NCBI GenBank assembly: GCA_037310415.1
Contig: CP147780.1
Coordinates: 544,001 to 608,000 of the forward strand
DNA from: Candidatus Atabeyarchaeum deiterrae
Lineage (GTDB): Archaea; Asgardarchaeota; Atabeyarchaeia; Atabeyarchaeales; Atabeyarchaeaceae
Direction: 5' to 3'
DNA: 64,000 nucleotides
A program made the position numbers and the translations under genes. The notes beneath the pieces are model-generated. The model was not told the DNA's origin. It worked only from the letters and a program-made list of their open reading frames with translations, and searched no databases. This document shows positions 51,510 to 61,032 of the stretch, piece after piece. How positions within the stretch are numbered: position 1 is the stretch's first letter; each line of letters begins with the position of its first letter.

Positions 51510-52397
51510 TTATCTTGAAGCTTTTCGCGGTTTCTGCGCTGGGTCGACGTGGATGACACAATGATGACACTCTGTCTCACGACTGACTTTGTCATGGACG
51601 TCTTCGGAAATCCTGTCTGCCTCTTCTATCGGGGTGCCTCTTGCCACTTCTATGTGGAAACCTGTGTGGACTATGTTTGGTCCGACATACTCGGCTATTA
51701 GATCATGGACGCCGAGTACCCCCTCGACTGATTTCGCAGTTGACTCTATTTTTCTCATGAATTGCTTGTTCGGTGCTCTGCCAACGAGGTAGCGGAAGTT
51801 GTCTTTGAAGAGGTATACGCCGCCTATGACGATTATTGCACCTATAATCATGGATGCTATTGCATCTGCTAGATAGTATCCTTGCGAAACTAGGTACACG
51901 CCTATCAAGGAAGGAACATAGGAGATCTCGTCTTTCACGAGTTGGACTAGCCCTGCTTTTGACGAAGCGCCTCTTTGCTTTACCCTCAGAATGCCAATCA
52001 TCGGAATTGCTAACACGAGCATGGATACTAAGATCGCTATCAGGCCGAGGCTGACGTTTTGGAGCGCACTGGATTCGGGTTGCAGAAACTTGTCGATAGA
52101 CTGACGGAAGACTTCGAGACCCATGAAAGATATGAAAATTACGGATGAGACGAGTGCCGCGACATTCTGTGTTCTTCCGCGACCAAACATGTAGAATTCA
52201 TCCGCTGGCTTCTTTGACCAGTATAGAGAAAGAAGAAGGAAGGCAGACACCAGTACGTCGCCGAGCACCTCCAACGCTTGCGCGAACAACACGAGGATGC
52301 TTGTCATAAAGTATGTCAGAAGTTGTAGAACAAAAATGATGGTGTAAGCTACGAAAGTGATTCTCAGGCCACGTGTTTCCCCGGCGTGTTCTGTCAT
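51510..52397 (-). CDS. cation diffusion facilitator (CDF) transporter
   Basis: KKPADE..FG.GR, ADAIAS, GVLGVHDL, IHVDP. Confidence 0.9.
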   Translation of the reverse strand: MTEHAGETRGLRITFVAYTIIFVLQLLTYFMTSILVLFAQALEVLGDVLVSAFLLLSLYWSKKPADEFYMFGRGRTQNVAALVSSVIFISFMGLEVFRQSIDKFLQPESSALQNVSLGLIAILVSMLVLAIPMIGILRVKQRGASSKAGLVQLVKDEISYVPSLIGVYLVSQGYYLADAIASMIIGAIIVIGGVYLFKDNFRYLVGRAPNKQFMRKIESTAKSVEGVLGVHDLIAEYVGPNIVHTGFHIEVARGTPIEEADRISEDVHDKVSRETECHHCVIHVDPAQKPRKASR

Positions 52398-52427
52398 TTG
52401 AGTCGTCCATCCGTCTATGACGCGTAG

Positions 52428-53003
52428 CTAGTGTTTGTGTTCGCTGGCTTTTTGTTCGCCGTGTTCGTGTTCGCCCATCGTTTCTCCTTCTTCGTGTTCT
52501 CCTTTGCCTGTTATGGATGTGTAGATGTGGTGTGAGAACAGCTCGAATCCAAGCATTGCTTTGATGTACTTCCTGGCGGCTACTACGTCATTTGGATCGT
52601 AGTCCTTTTTGGACATGGCGTCACTAAACTTCTCTTGCAGCACCTCTTCAACGGTATGTTGGAGGAATTCTATTACTTCTCTTGGGTTTCCTGTTTCGAT
52701 TGCTTTTTCTGCACGCGGAACTACTGGGCCCCAATCGAGTCCTGCTGGTTTCAGCCCAGTGTATGATGCTCCTTCTCCTGCTCTGTGCAAGCGCACTGCT
52801 GTTTCAAAGAACCAGTAGTCTGCAACCTCTTTTGCTTCCTTGCCTTGTTTTCTCGCTCGCAGTGTTTTCTCAAAAGCCTTCTTTAACTCTTCTTCCCCTT
52901 CTTTCGGCAGATAGGGAAGTATGAGTTTGACATTACCTTTCTCTAAGGCGCTAGTTGCGGCCTTAACGACGGGTCCATCTAATGTATCGCAATGTGGGGG
53001 CAT
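52428..53003 (-). CDS. DUF6448-like protein with His/Glu-rich tail
   Basis: HCDTLDGPVVKAA, FFETAVRLHRAGEGASYTGLKP; C-terminal EHEHGEQKASEHKH. Confidence 0.75.
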   Translation of the reverse strand: MPPHCDTLDGPVVKAATSALEKGNVKLILPYLPKEGEEELKKAFEKTLRARKQGKEAKEVADYWFFETAVRLHRAGEGASYTGLKPAGLDWGPVVPRAEKAIETGNPREVIEFLQHTVEEVLQEKFSDAMSKKDYDPNDVVAARKYIKAMLGFELFSHHIYTSITGKGEHEEGETMGEHEHGEQKASEHKH

Positions 53004-53168
53004 CCCACTCGTTCACCTCCGCAGCATGAACAGGTTCCCTTCCTAATATTCTTGACTCTTATAATGGAATAAAGGGTCCGCTTCGTTTTCAGTTTTTGCA
53101 TCTTATATAGAATGGGGGTGTGATGACCTTGCAGATGGATAGGGAAGGTAGCAGGAGACTGGTTTCGC

Positions 53169-56100
53169 GTGCTTCTGGAGGACATCCTCTATAACTTGCT
53201 TGTTTTCTTTGTTGGGATACCTGTTGCGGTTCTCTTTTTGTTGCTGGTTTTGTGTATTGCTTTCAAGTCTGCTCGCGGGTCCGTTTCTCACCTCGCTCGG
53301 TGGATGCTTCACGGCTTGGGGGTCTTGACACCGTACATGATCGTGGTGGTATTTGCGCTTGGTGTTGGAATTGCATGTTTCCATGTGCTGGTGTTTAGCA
53401 GTGAGTTGGTGAGGTTAACTCTCAGTTGTGCTGTTACTCTTTTGGTGTCTTACTCGATTCTCGCCTTGGCTGTGATGCATGCTAGGTGGTCGTCGAGTTT
53501 GGTAAAGTTCGTCGCGTTCTCATGTTTCTTCGTTATATTGATGGATGTTCTTGTTGGGTTTCTTGTGAGTGATGATTTGGTTCGGGTTTTGGCTTCTTGG
53601 GGTTCTTCTGTGTTTCTCGGGTGGCTTCTTCTCTATGAGAGGGATACTCTGAGGGCTTCAATGGGGTCCTTGAAACTAAGGATTAGGAAGCCTAAAGGTG
53701 ACGTGGAGCCTACATCTTTTGGCAATAGGGATCGTGAGTTGCCTGCAAATGGGAGCGGAGGAAGGAGTAGCGAGAGTGGGGGTTGTGAGGTTGGGTCAGT
53801 TGAGGTTGTCGGTATCCCTGAGAGTTACTTCTTCGGGAAGGTGGGGAATCGGAGAGACGGAGAAGCCGAGGGGTCCGGAGACGAAGATATTGCGGCTAGG
53901 TTTCGTGGATTCGCGGTGTCCCTGATTGAACATGGGTGCACCTTCGCGTTTAGCCAGGTTTACCATGGGGGTCGTGGGAGGTTCTTCATTCAGTGTAAGG
54001 AGCAAGATAGGTCTAAGCTTGCGCGGTTGGTGGAAGGTGTTGATGCATCTTTACATTCTTGGTTCCCCGATTTTGACACGAAGATACGCTACGGGGATGT
54101 TGAGTCTTCATTGGGTGGCGGGAGGCATGCTTGTGGTTGGGTTTCGAATCTGCCAGCTCCTTCGAGGAATCCTGTGAAGTATATTGCTGAGTTTTTTGTT
54201 CAGAGGAGGCTTACTGGTTCTGTGGTGGTGGTTGCTGAGGGGAGCACATCTTCTCTTTCATCTTTCGTGAAGAGGGGGCGTTATGGGAGGTTGTCGGCTA
54301 AGGCTGCGAGGCAGGAGCAGCAGAGCCCCATCGTGGGAGTGCACAACAAATCCACTATTACCAGTCGATCGAGTTGGGGTGCTGAGAAGGAGTTGAAGCA
54401 TTTAGGGACCGAGCTTGAGAGGTTGGGTTCGAAGCTGCAGGCAAAGTGTTGGATTACACTGACATGTGAGAGCTCCACGAGTGAGGAGGCTGAGATGGAT
54501 CTGGATTTGGTGCTTAGGACATTTGTGGGGGCGTTTAGTTTTGAGGAGGAGCGCCATGAGATGCGTTTTGGGAAGTTTCCCAGGAGGCAGGCTGAGGTTG
54601 TTTACCGCGCTACATCCAAGTTGAGTCCCCGGGGTAGGAGTACGGTTTTGCTGCCTTCTGATTTGGCGTTGTATTTTTGGTTGCCTGAGATGGACTCGGT
54701 TGCTCGGGTGAAGAGGAAAGGCGGTTTCTTAGCTCCTACTGGAGAGGAGGTTGAAGGTGGGGAGATTCTACTTGGTGGGGTTCTTCGCCATGGGTGTGTG
54801 TCGGATGTTGAGGCTCGCCTCACGCTTGGTGATTTGGCTCGCCACTGTTTGGTTGTGGGTTCCACTGGGAGTGGAAAGACGTGGACGACATTGTCCATAG
54901 CGATGGCTTTGCATCGGCTTGGGGTTCCTTTTTTGGTGCTTGATCCTGTGAAGAAGGAGTATAGGTGTTTGGTTGGCGCTGTTCCTGGGTTGCGTGTCTT
55001 CACGGTTGGGGATGAGGGTGTTGCGCCTTTTCGCTTCAATATTCTTGAGGTTCCCTTTGGAGTTAAGGCGCAGAAGCATGTTGACTTGGTGGAGGATGCT
55101 TTGTGTGCTTCTATTGTGATGTATCCTCCTGCGCCCTATGTTTTGCACATGGCTTTGAATCGCACTTACAGGGAACATGGTTGGGACTTGACATATGGAG
55201 AACGTGGTGGAGCTGTGTCTTTGCGTGATTTGAGGCGGAGTGTGAGGGACGTTGTTGTCGAGGAGGGTTACGAGGGTGAGCCGAGAAGCACTATTATTGC
55301 GGCTTTGAATACTCGGTTTGAGAGTTTATCTGTAGGTGGTAAGGGAGCGGCCCTGTGCAGCAGGGTATCCATGTCTCCTCAAGAGTTGATTGCTAATCCG
55401 ACTGTGGTTGAGTTTGGTGAGATGGGGGCGCAGGAGGATCGCGCCATGGTTATCCTCATGGTGCTATCGTCCATCTACGAGTATCTGCAGACACTTGGAC
55501 CAACATCTAAGCCCAGGTGCGCCATCATATTGGAGGAGGCCGGCTCACTCTTCGGCAACGTTGGCGCTAAGGGTGGAGCAGAATACGATTCTAAGGAATC
55601 TAGGAGAAAGGCGATTGAGGTTATTTCACGCATTACCGCTGAGATTCGCTCCCTTGGTGGCATGATTATTTTTGTGAATCAAAGTGCAGTTGGCTTGCCG
55701 CTTGAGGTGACCGAGAATACTTCCACGAAGATTGTGCATCAGGTTGCGGATGATGAGGATGCGGAGAAGGTTGCACGCATGTTCGGGTTAAATGAGGAGC
55801 AAAAACGTGCGCTTGCGAGTCTGGAGGTTGGTAGGCCTGTTATTAAGACGCCAAATGTGAGTCACCCGTTTCAGGTTGAGGTAACTCCTGTGACGAGTTA
55901 TGGGGTTGACCCTACCAAGTTTGTTACGGATGAGGAGTTGAGGAGGTACATGAGGGCGACGTTCTATGATGCTAACCCGCAGTATCTTAAGGCGAGTGTG
56001 ATGACGCCCACTGAGAAGACGCCAACATCGGCTCCGAGTGTGACCGTTTCCGTTGTGAATGGAGGCAGGCTAGCTGAATCAATTGTAGCTCGGGCAGACT

Positions 56101-56363
56101 TTGAGGCAAAGTTTTGTAAATCTGTGGGGAGACATCACGAGGGTGAGGGTGTGAAGGCGGTTGTGAAGCTGCTTATTGCGGAGGCTTCAAGGTATACGCG
56201 GAAACGTAAGGAGGAGGAGACGCTTGCAATGGAGATCCTCAACAGAGCTAATGACAAGTACTGCGTGAACCTGAGACCGGAAGTACGCAGGAGAGTCAAC
56301 GTGTTGGTGAAGAGGGAACTGATGGCTGACCTGCAAACGGCTGGCGGCGTGAGATCTTCCTAG
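53169..56363 (+). CDS. membrane-anchored HerA/FtsK/VirB4-like ATPase (DUF87)
   Basis: About 5 N-terminal TM helices; RHCLVVGSTGSGKT, VLDPVKKEY, IILEEA, AEIRSLG..NQS, NTSTKIVH. Confidence 0.88.
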   Translation: MLLEDILYNLLVFFVGIPVAVLFLLLVLCIAFKSARGSVSHLARWMLHGLGVLTPYMIVVVFALGVGIACFHVLVFSSELVRLTLSCAVTLLVSYSILALAVMHARWSSSLVKFVAFSCFFVILMDVLVGFLVSDDLVRVLASWGSSVFLGWLLLYERDTLRASMGSLKLRIRKPKGDVEPTSFGNRDRELPANGSGGRSSESGGCEVGSVEVVGIPESYFFGKVGNRRDGEAEGSGDEDIAARFRGFAVSLIEHGCTFAFSQVYHGGRGRFFIQCKEQDRSKLARLVEGVDASLHSWFPDFDTKIRYGDVESSLGGGRHACGWVSNLPAPSRNPVKYIAEFFVQRRLTGSVVVVAEGSTSSLSSFVKRGRYGRLSAKAARQEQQSPIVGVHNKSTITSRSSWGAEKELKHLGTELERLGSKLQAKCWITLTCESSTSEEAEMDLDLVLRTFVGAFSFEEERHEMRFGKFPRRQAEVVYRATSKLSPRGRSTVLLPSDLALYFWLPEMDSVARVKRKGGFLAPTGEEVEGGEILLGGVLRHGCVSDVEARLTLGDLARHCLVVGSTGSGKTWTTLSIAMALHRLGVPFLVLDPVKKEYRCLVGAVPGLRVFTVGDEGVAPFRFNILEVPFGVKAQKHVDLVEDALCASIVMYPPAPYVLHMALNRTYREHGWDLTYGERGGAVSLRDLRRSVRDVVVEEGYEGEPRSTIIAALNTRFESLSVGGKGAALCSRVSMSPQELIANPTVVEFGEMGAQEDRAMVILMVLSSIYEYLQTLGPTSKPRCAIILEEAGSLFGNVGAKGGAEYDSKESRRKAIEVISRITAEIRSLGGMIIFVNQSAVGLPLEVTENTSTKIVHQVADDEDAEKVARMFGLNEEQKRALASLEVGRPVIKTPNVSHPFQVEVTPVTSYGVDPTKFVTDEELRRYMRATFYDANPQYLKASVMTPTEKTPTSAPSVTVSVVNGGRLAESIVARADFEAKFCKSVGRHHEGEGVKAVVKLLIAEASRYTRKRKEEETLAMEILNRANDKYCVNLRPEVRRRVNVLVKRELMADLQTAGGVRSS

Positions 56364-56388
56364 TTGGAGAGTTATATTAGATGGTGAT

Positions 56389-58173
56389 GTGGGTCGGGGA
56401 GGATTACTGTATTTGCCAAGGGAGTCTGAAGGGCACGAGCACGTAGAGGATGACGCAGAATCTTCCCTGGGTTCCGATGAACAGGAAGAAGGGAAATGGG
56501 GTGAACTTCGCGAAGAAGCTGAGTTGACGGATGAATCGGCCCTTAGGGAATACGAGGAATCGCTGACAAGTCAGCAAGGGGAGGGGGGAAGAGAAAAAGA
56601 TGCCTCAGAGACCGATGATGAGTCAGTCGCCGTGTCTGAGGAAGAGGAATGGAAGCAATTCGTGGATTCAACTCTCAACGAATATGAGAATTCATTGAAC
56701 GAATCGATAAGAAAAGATGAAGTGGTCAAGGCGACAGAATCACAGGAATCCAGTGCAAATGTGGAGCAAAGAAGCCAGACAACTGAAGGGGAACCCCAAC
56801 AAATCGATGAGCCCACTAAGCGAGCAGAAGTTCCATCAACCGAACCACGACAAGAACCCAACATGGATAGGGATAACGAAGCGGACGGAGTAAAGGTGAC
56901 TGATAAGGTCACGGTGAAATTCGATGAGAATGAGGGCCTTACAATAATCTCTGAGAACTTGAACTATAGGATCGCAACTGTGGAGCATGAGACTATAGGG
57001 GGATTGGAATTCGACAGGTACAAGACTAACATGGGAGAAGAGTTTCTACACATACCTAGTGAAAACAAGTTGATCCCACCCTATGAAACGCCATGGTACG
57101 CATTACGTCCAAACACCGAAGTATATCTTGACCTGAGCTACAAAACTGACCGATTGCTGGAGGCGATAAGCAAGGCGGGAGGAGAAGTGGCGTTTCGAAA
57201 GGAGATGAAGGAAAGGGGCGCAATCTTCAGCAACGGAAATGTATACAGGCATCTGCACCAGCAGAGAGACGGCTTGAGAGCCGACAAACTGATTTCAGTC
57301 CTCAAATTTCTGGGAAGGAATCTCGATGAGCCAAACAAACATATCAGAGCGATAGGACATTGCAGGGCAATAGAAAACCCAAAACTACCATTCAGACTCA
57401 ATAACAACGACGGAGCAAGATTGATGGGAGCAAGGTATTCAGACGGAACTAACTCTGCATCGAAGGGACGTGGACCAAGATTCAACTACGCGAACAATGA
57501 CGCAGGGCAAAGAAACAGGATCGTAGAATCCCTGAAGAATGTTTTCGGTGGGGCAAATATACTCAACAGAGAGTACAACACTGGTGAAGTGGCGAAAGTG
57601 CGTACTTCATCAGACATCGTTGGATATGTATTGATGAGAGCAGGAGCTGTGACAGGGGAAATAGTTGACAAGAACCCACACATACCTGTGCTAATACGGG
57701 AAGGGTCTTTGGAAATGAAACGCGAGTGGCTAATCCAAGCATCTGGTGATGAGGGATACGTCTGGCCACAGAAAGGCAAAGTGTGCATAGGAAGAGCGGT
57801 TGAAGCATCAAGCGTTCTGTCCAAGGAGATGACCGATCGCCTTGATGGAATGAGTTGGCAGGACAAGTTCATAAACAGGAGATTTGTCTGTGGCATAAGA
57901 CCATGCAAGGATCTCCCTGGCGACATCTACGGAGTGGTAGAAGGTCATCCACCTAACCTTCTTTTGGAAGAGAAGAAGATGCTCAGTCATTTTGATATTG
58001 AGGCACGAATGTATCCCATAGAGATGCACAGGGGAAAGTATGGCGACTACTCAGCCCACTGGACCCTACAGACAGAGACAAGGGAAGATGGAAGACGATT
58101 CGCCGAAAAGATCGGGTTCCCCCAAGAAAGAAAACAAAAGAAGGCAGTTTCAGTCCTAAGACTCGACAGGTGA
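56389..58173 (+). CDS. acidic N-terminal region fused to an intein-type (DOD) LAGLIDADG endonuclease domain
   Basis: ARLMGARYSDG and KREWLIQASGDEG motifs, HIPVLI, FAEKIGF..ERKQKK; no Hint splicing motifs. Confidence 0.72.
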   Translation: MGRGGLLYLPRESEGHEHVEDDAESSLGSDEQEEGKWGELREEAELTDESALREYEESLTSQQGEGGREKDASETDDESVAVSEEEEWKQFVDSTLNEYENSLNESIRKDEVVKATESQESSANVEQRSQTTEGEPQQIDEPTKRAEVPSTEPRQEPNMDRDNEADGVKVTDKVTVKFDENEGLTIISENLNYRIATVEHETIGGLEFDRYKTNMGEEFLHIPSENKLIPPYETPWYALRPNTEVYLDLSYKTDRLLEAISKAGGEVAFRKEMKERGAIFSNGNVYRHLHQQRDGLRADKLISVLKFLGRNLDEPNKHIRAIGHCRAIENPKLPFRLNNNDGARLMGARYSDGTNSASKGRGPRFNYANNDAGQRNRIVESLKNVFGGANILNREYNTGEVAKVRTSSDIVGYVLMRAGAVTGEIVDKNPHIPVLIREGSLEMKREWLIQASGDEGYVWPQKGKVCIGRAVEASSVLSKEMTDRLDGMSWQDKFINRRFVCGIRPCKDLPGDIYGVVEGHPPNLLLEEKKMLSHFDIEARMYPIEMHRGKYGDYSAHWTLQTETREDGRRFAEKIGFPQERKQKKAVSVLRLDR

Positions 58174-58179
58174 GGAAGT

Positions 58180-58488
58180 ATGGTTGATGATAGAGAAATG
58201 GTAGAAATGATTAAGCAAGCATATGAAGAGCTAAAGACCCGAGATATTGGAAAAGAGGAACTACTCGATTGGCTGAAAAGAAACGGTCTGACACTGGAAC
58301 AGGCGTCAATGGCCATCCACCTAGCCATCCAACAGGGTTTAATCCGATTTTGTTACCCACCCTCTGTTTGCGGAGAAGAACCAGTTCCAAGTTACGAAAG
58401 GATCACAGAAGAAGATCTGCTCCCGCCTGAACTACTGGAAGAAATGCGTACAAGAATTTTCGAAGAGAGTGTAGAGCGACGAAAATGA
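58180..58488 (+). CDS. small acidic protein, possible winged helix
   Basis: 102-aa ORF immediately downstream with a GGTGAGG RBS. Confidence 0.6.
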   Translation: MVDDREMVEMIKQAYEELKTRDIGKEELLDWLKRNGLTLEQASMAIHLAIQQGLIRFCYPPSVCGEEPVPSYERITEEDLLPPELLEEMRTRIFEESVERRK

Positions 58489-58754
58489 GGAAGACATCAT
58501 CAAAGAAAACGATCCCAACAACAGTACGAAGAATTGAAGCCGATCAAGGTAAATCATGAGGGTATCGAGATGGTCAAAATCGGCGGTAACCAAACCAACA
58601 AAACAGACTTCAAAACTGTTGATAGTTCATAGGCCTAGCTGGTCGCTGTGCCATTCGCTTATACCTGACAGTTCTCAGATAGTCCTCCTATTTCAGTAAT
58701 TCTGTAAGCATAACTAATGCCCAAAGGGTATCTCTCGACAAGTTCCCTTTGGTT

Positions 58755-60014
58755 TCATGGGTTCTGTCGCCGCGCTTGTTCAAGCCTCGGATTCCAACAA
58801 GTTGACGGAGGCATATGAATTTCATCAGGAAACCATGCATCGCTCACCATTTTCAACACTTCCTCCTTGGGAAGAGCCCTCGCTTTCATTGAAAGTTCCT
58901 TGTCAACTCTCTTCCTTTCTAGTGAAGCACTATGGAATCTGAAACCCTGTCGGATACAGATGTTTTGCCTCCTCACATTCCTGCGAAACTGTTTGACTTC
59001 TGCATCTGACCAACTGGGATGGATGAAATAATCTTTCGAAGTTTGGGGATAATAGAAGTCGAAGTTGTCATGCAGCTGACTCACCGGTCGATACCTACAA
59101 TCAGTAATCTGGACTTTCCATTCCCAACACTTAAGTCGCTTCTTCTCCATCTCCACAAAAGGTATGTCCCAATTGAAAATCATGAAAATCGATATCTCTT
59201 CGGCGTGATAACTGGCGTTCACCAAGATGTCTAGCTGTTTCTTTATCCGCTCAAATTCATCGTAACCCCAATCCCACGCAATTTTTGGGCTGTCAAACCT
59301 TGCTTTCTTTAGAGCCACTGCCAGTTCAGGCCTCTGTTCAAGTATCTTCCCGTCGAACCCACTTTGAGACTCGCAACGAACTACTCTTCCTTTATACTTC
59401 AACCCAGAGATCTCTGTGAGCAATTCATCAATATGCTCATTCATTAGTAAGTTGTTATCATAGAAGACTAGTCTATTGGAACAGAGCTCACGTTTTATGC
59501 TCTTTTTTGAAGTCCGTTTTGGCTCAAGCTTCCACGTGTAACAGAATTTGCACTGGCGGAGACATCCTCGAGTAGAATGAATGATTTGATAGTCAAGTTG
59601 ATGAGGGTTCTGCCTTACCAGTTTGTAATTGGGCAAACAATTCTCCGCCTTGTTATGAAGACCGACATATGGCTTGACCCGAAATCGCCTACACTTTTCC
59701 TTGAAGTCTTCATTGTTAAAGTGAAGAGAAACGTATATTCCGCCGATCCAGATAACACTTTTTGGATAGGCGTTTCTATAAAACGCAACACTATCCCAGA
59801 AGTATGTGCTCCAATACGTAAACAAGGAAGTTATCCATATCTTATCCGGAATGAAACCGACCCGGCAGTTGCCTATTACCAGTTTTAGCCTCGTTGCCCG
59901 CCCACTTTTCTTAATGTACGTTCCAATCTTCAATAGACCGATCGGTAAGAAGTTCTTATGATTTCTGCTCTTTCTTGGAATTGGGAAATCAGGCTCAACC
60001 AATAGTATTCTCAT
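58755..60014 (-). CDS. radical SAM protein with B12-binding-like N-terminus
   Basis: MRILLVEP...PIGLLKI, GGIY, TRGCLRQCKFC (CxxxCxxC), DNN. Confidence 0.9.
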   Translation of the reverse strand: MRILLVEPDFPIPRKSRNHKNFLPIGLLKIGTYIKKSGRATRLKLVIGNCRVGFIPDKIWITSLFTYWSTYFWDSVAFYRNAYPKSVIWIGGIYVSLHFNNEDFKEKCRRFRVKPYVGLHNKAENCLPNYKLVRQNPHQLDYQIIHSTRGCLRQCKFCYTWKLEPKRTSKKSIKRELCSNRLVFYDNNLLMNEHIDELLTEISGLKYKGRVVRCESQSGFDGKILEQRPELAVALKKARFDSPKIAWDWGYDEFERIKKQLDILVNASYHAEEISIFMIFNWDIPFVEMEKKRLKCWEWKVQITDCRYRPVSQLHDNFDFYYPQTSKDYFIHPSWSDAEVKQFRRNVRRQNICIRQGFRFHSASLERKRVDKELSMKARALPKEEVLKMVSDAWFPDEIHMPPSTCWNPRLEQARRQNP

Positions 60015-60018
60015 TAGT

Positions 60019-61029
60019 CTACCCTGTCTCCATTCTTCTTGGTATATGAATTCTGATCTCCATCTCCTTGCATAGGCTCAGAAGCTCCTTCGTGAGATGT
60101 TCAACCTTTGAAAGGTCTCTCTTACTGTTCTTCAACTCGTCTCTTTCCTCTCTTGTAATCGTCTGAACCCGCTTCAGAAGGCTTTCAACACCTTTGATGA
60201 AAACAGAATCTGTCATAGGGAATTTTGCCTTAATCTCGTGATGAACCTGTTCTATATCTTCTCGGCCCTTGAAGACTCTTTTCCTAGCATCCTTGTACTT
60301 GTATACGGTTCCGATAAGCCTTACATCCTGGGCTTTTCTTATTGTTCCATCCTTAATTAGCTCAACAACTTTCTCAACAATCTCTGGATCCGCAACCCTC
60401 CGGATTTCCTGAACCGCCGCATTCTTTACTAACTGTTCGAAGTGGCTGTATTTATCCTTCCTCATTTCTCCGTTCTTGACCATTAACTCAACTGCCTCTA
60501 TTTTCTGCGATATTGAAGCAATATTGTCGCCGGCAACAGCTTCTATCTGTTGCAAAGTCATTTTGTCTTCAACCCTCATCTTGCGGAACAGATTTGCCTT
60601 ATCATATGCATCCCACTTAGCCTTTCCCGCGATGTGCTCCGTGCAAAGCAGTCTGTATATTTCTTCTTGAGAAAGCCTCTCTACAATTACATTGCTCTTG
60701 ATCAACGTCCATTTGTCGTCTCCAGTATCCTTGTGGAGATGACGATAACAACACAATCTTGTGTTTCCTTCTAAGACCTCATGATCATATACTAATACGG
60801 GGTTGATTAACCCCCCATCGTTCTCAATTTGATGATACAACTCGTGAGTCGCGTCCCTTTGCCAAAGTTCCTGATCGATTATGTCATCAGTAACCTGTCC
60901 ACCGTGTTCACTAACAATAGTTGCGATTCTGGGATTTCTTGTGTAGTATCTCAATACGTATATGTCCAGCAACTTGTACTCGTATTTTATCTCCTTTCCT
61001 CTTATCGATAGAGCAATTTGATTTGCCAT
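60019..61029 (-). CDS. ParB/Srx-like domain protein
   Basis: NPRI, GGLINPVLV, VLEGNTRL, W..Y.KA. Confidence 0.8.
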   Translation of the reverse strand: MANQIALSIRGKEIKYEYKLLDIYVLRYYTRNPRIATIVSEHGGQVTDDIIDQELWQRDATHELYHQIENDGGLINPVLVYDHEVLEGNTRLCCYRHLHKDTGDDKWTLIKSNVIVERLSQEEIYRLLCTEHIAGKAKWDAYDKANLFRKMRVEDKMTLQQIEAVAGDNIASISQKIEAVELMVKNGEMRKDKYSHFEQLVKNAAVQEIRRVADPEIVEKVVELIKDGTIRKAQDVRLIGTVYKYKDARKRVFKGREDIEQVHHEIKAKFPMTDSVFIKGVESLLKRVQTITREERDELKNSKRDLSKVEHLTKELLSLCKEMEIRIHIPRRMETG

Positions 61030-61032
61030 TTT

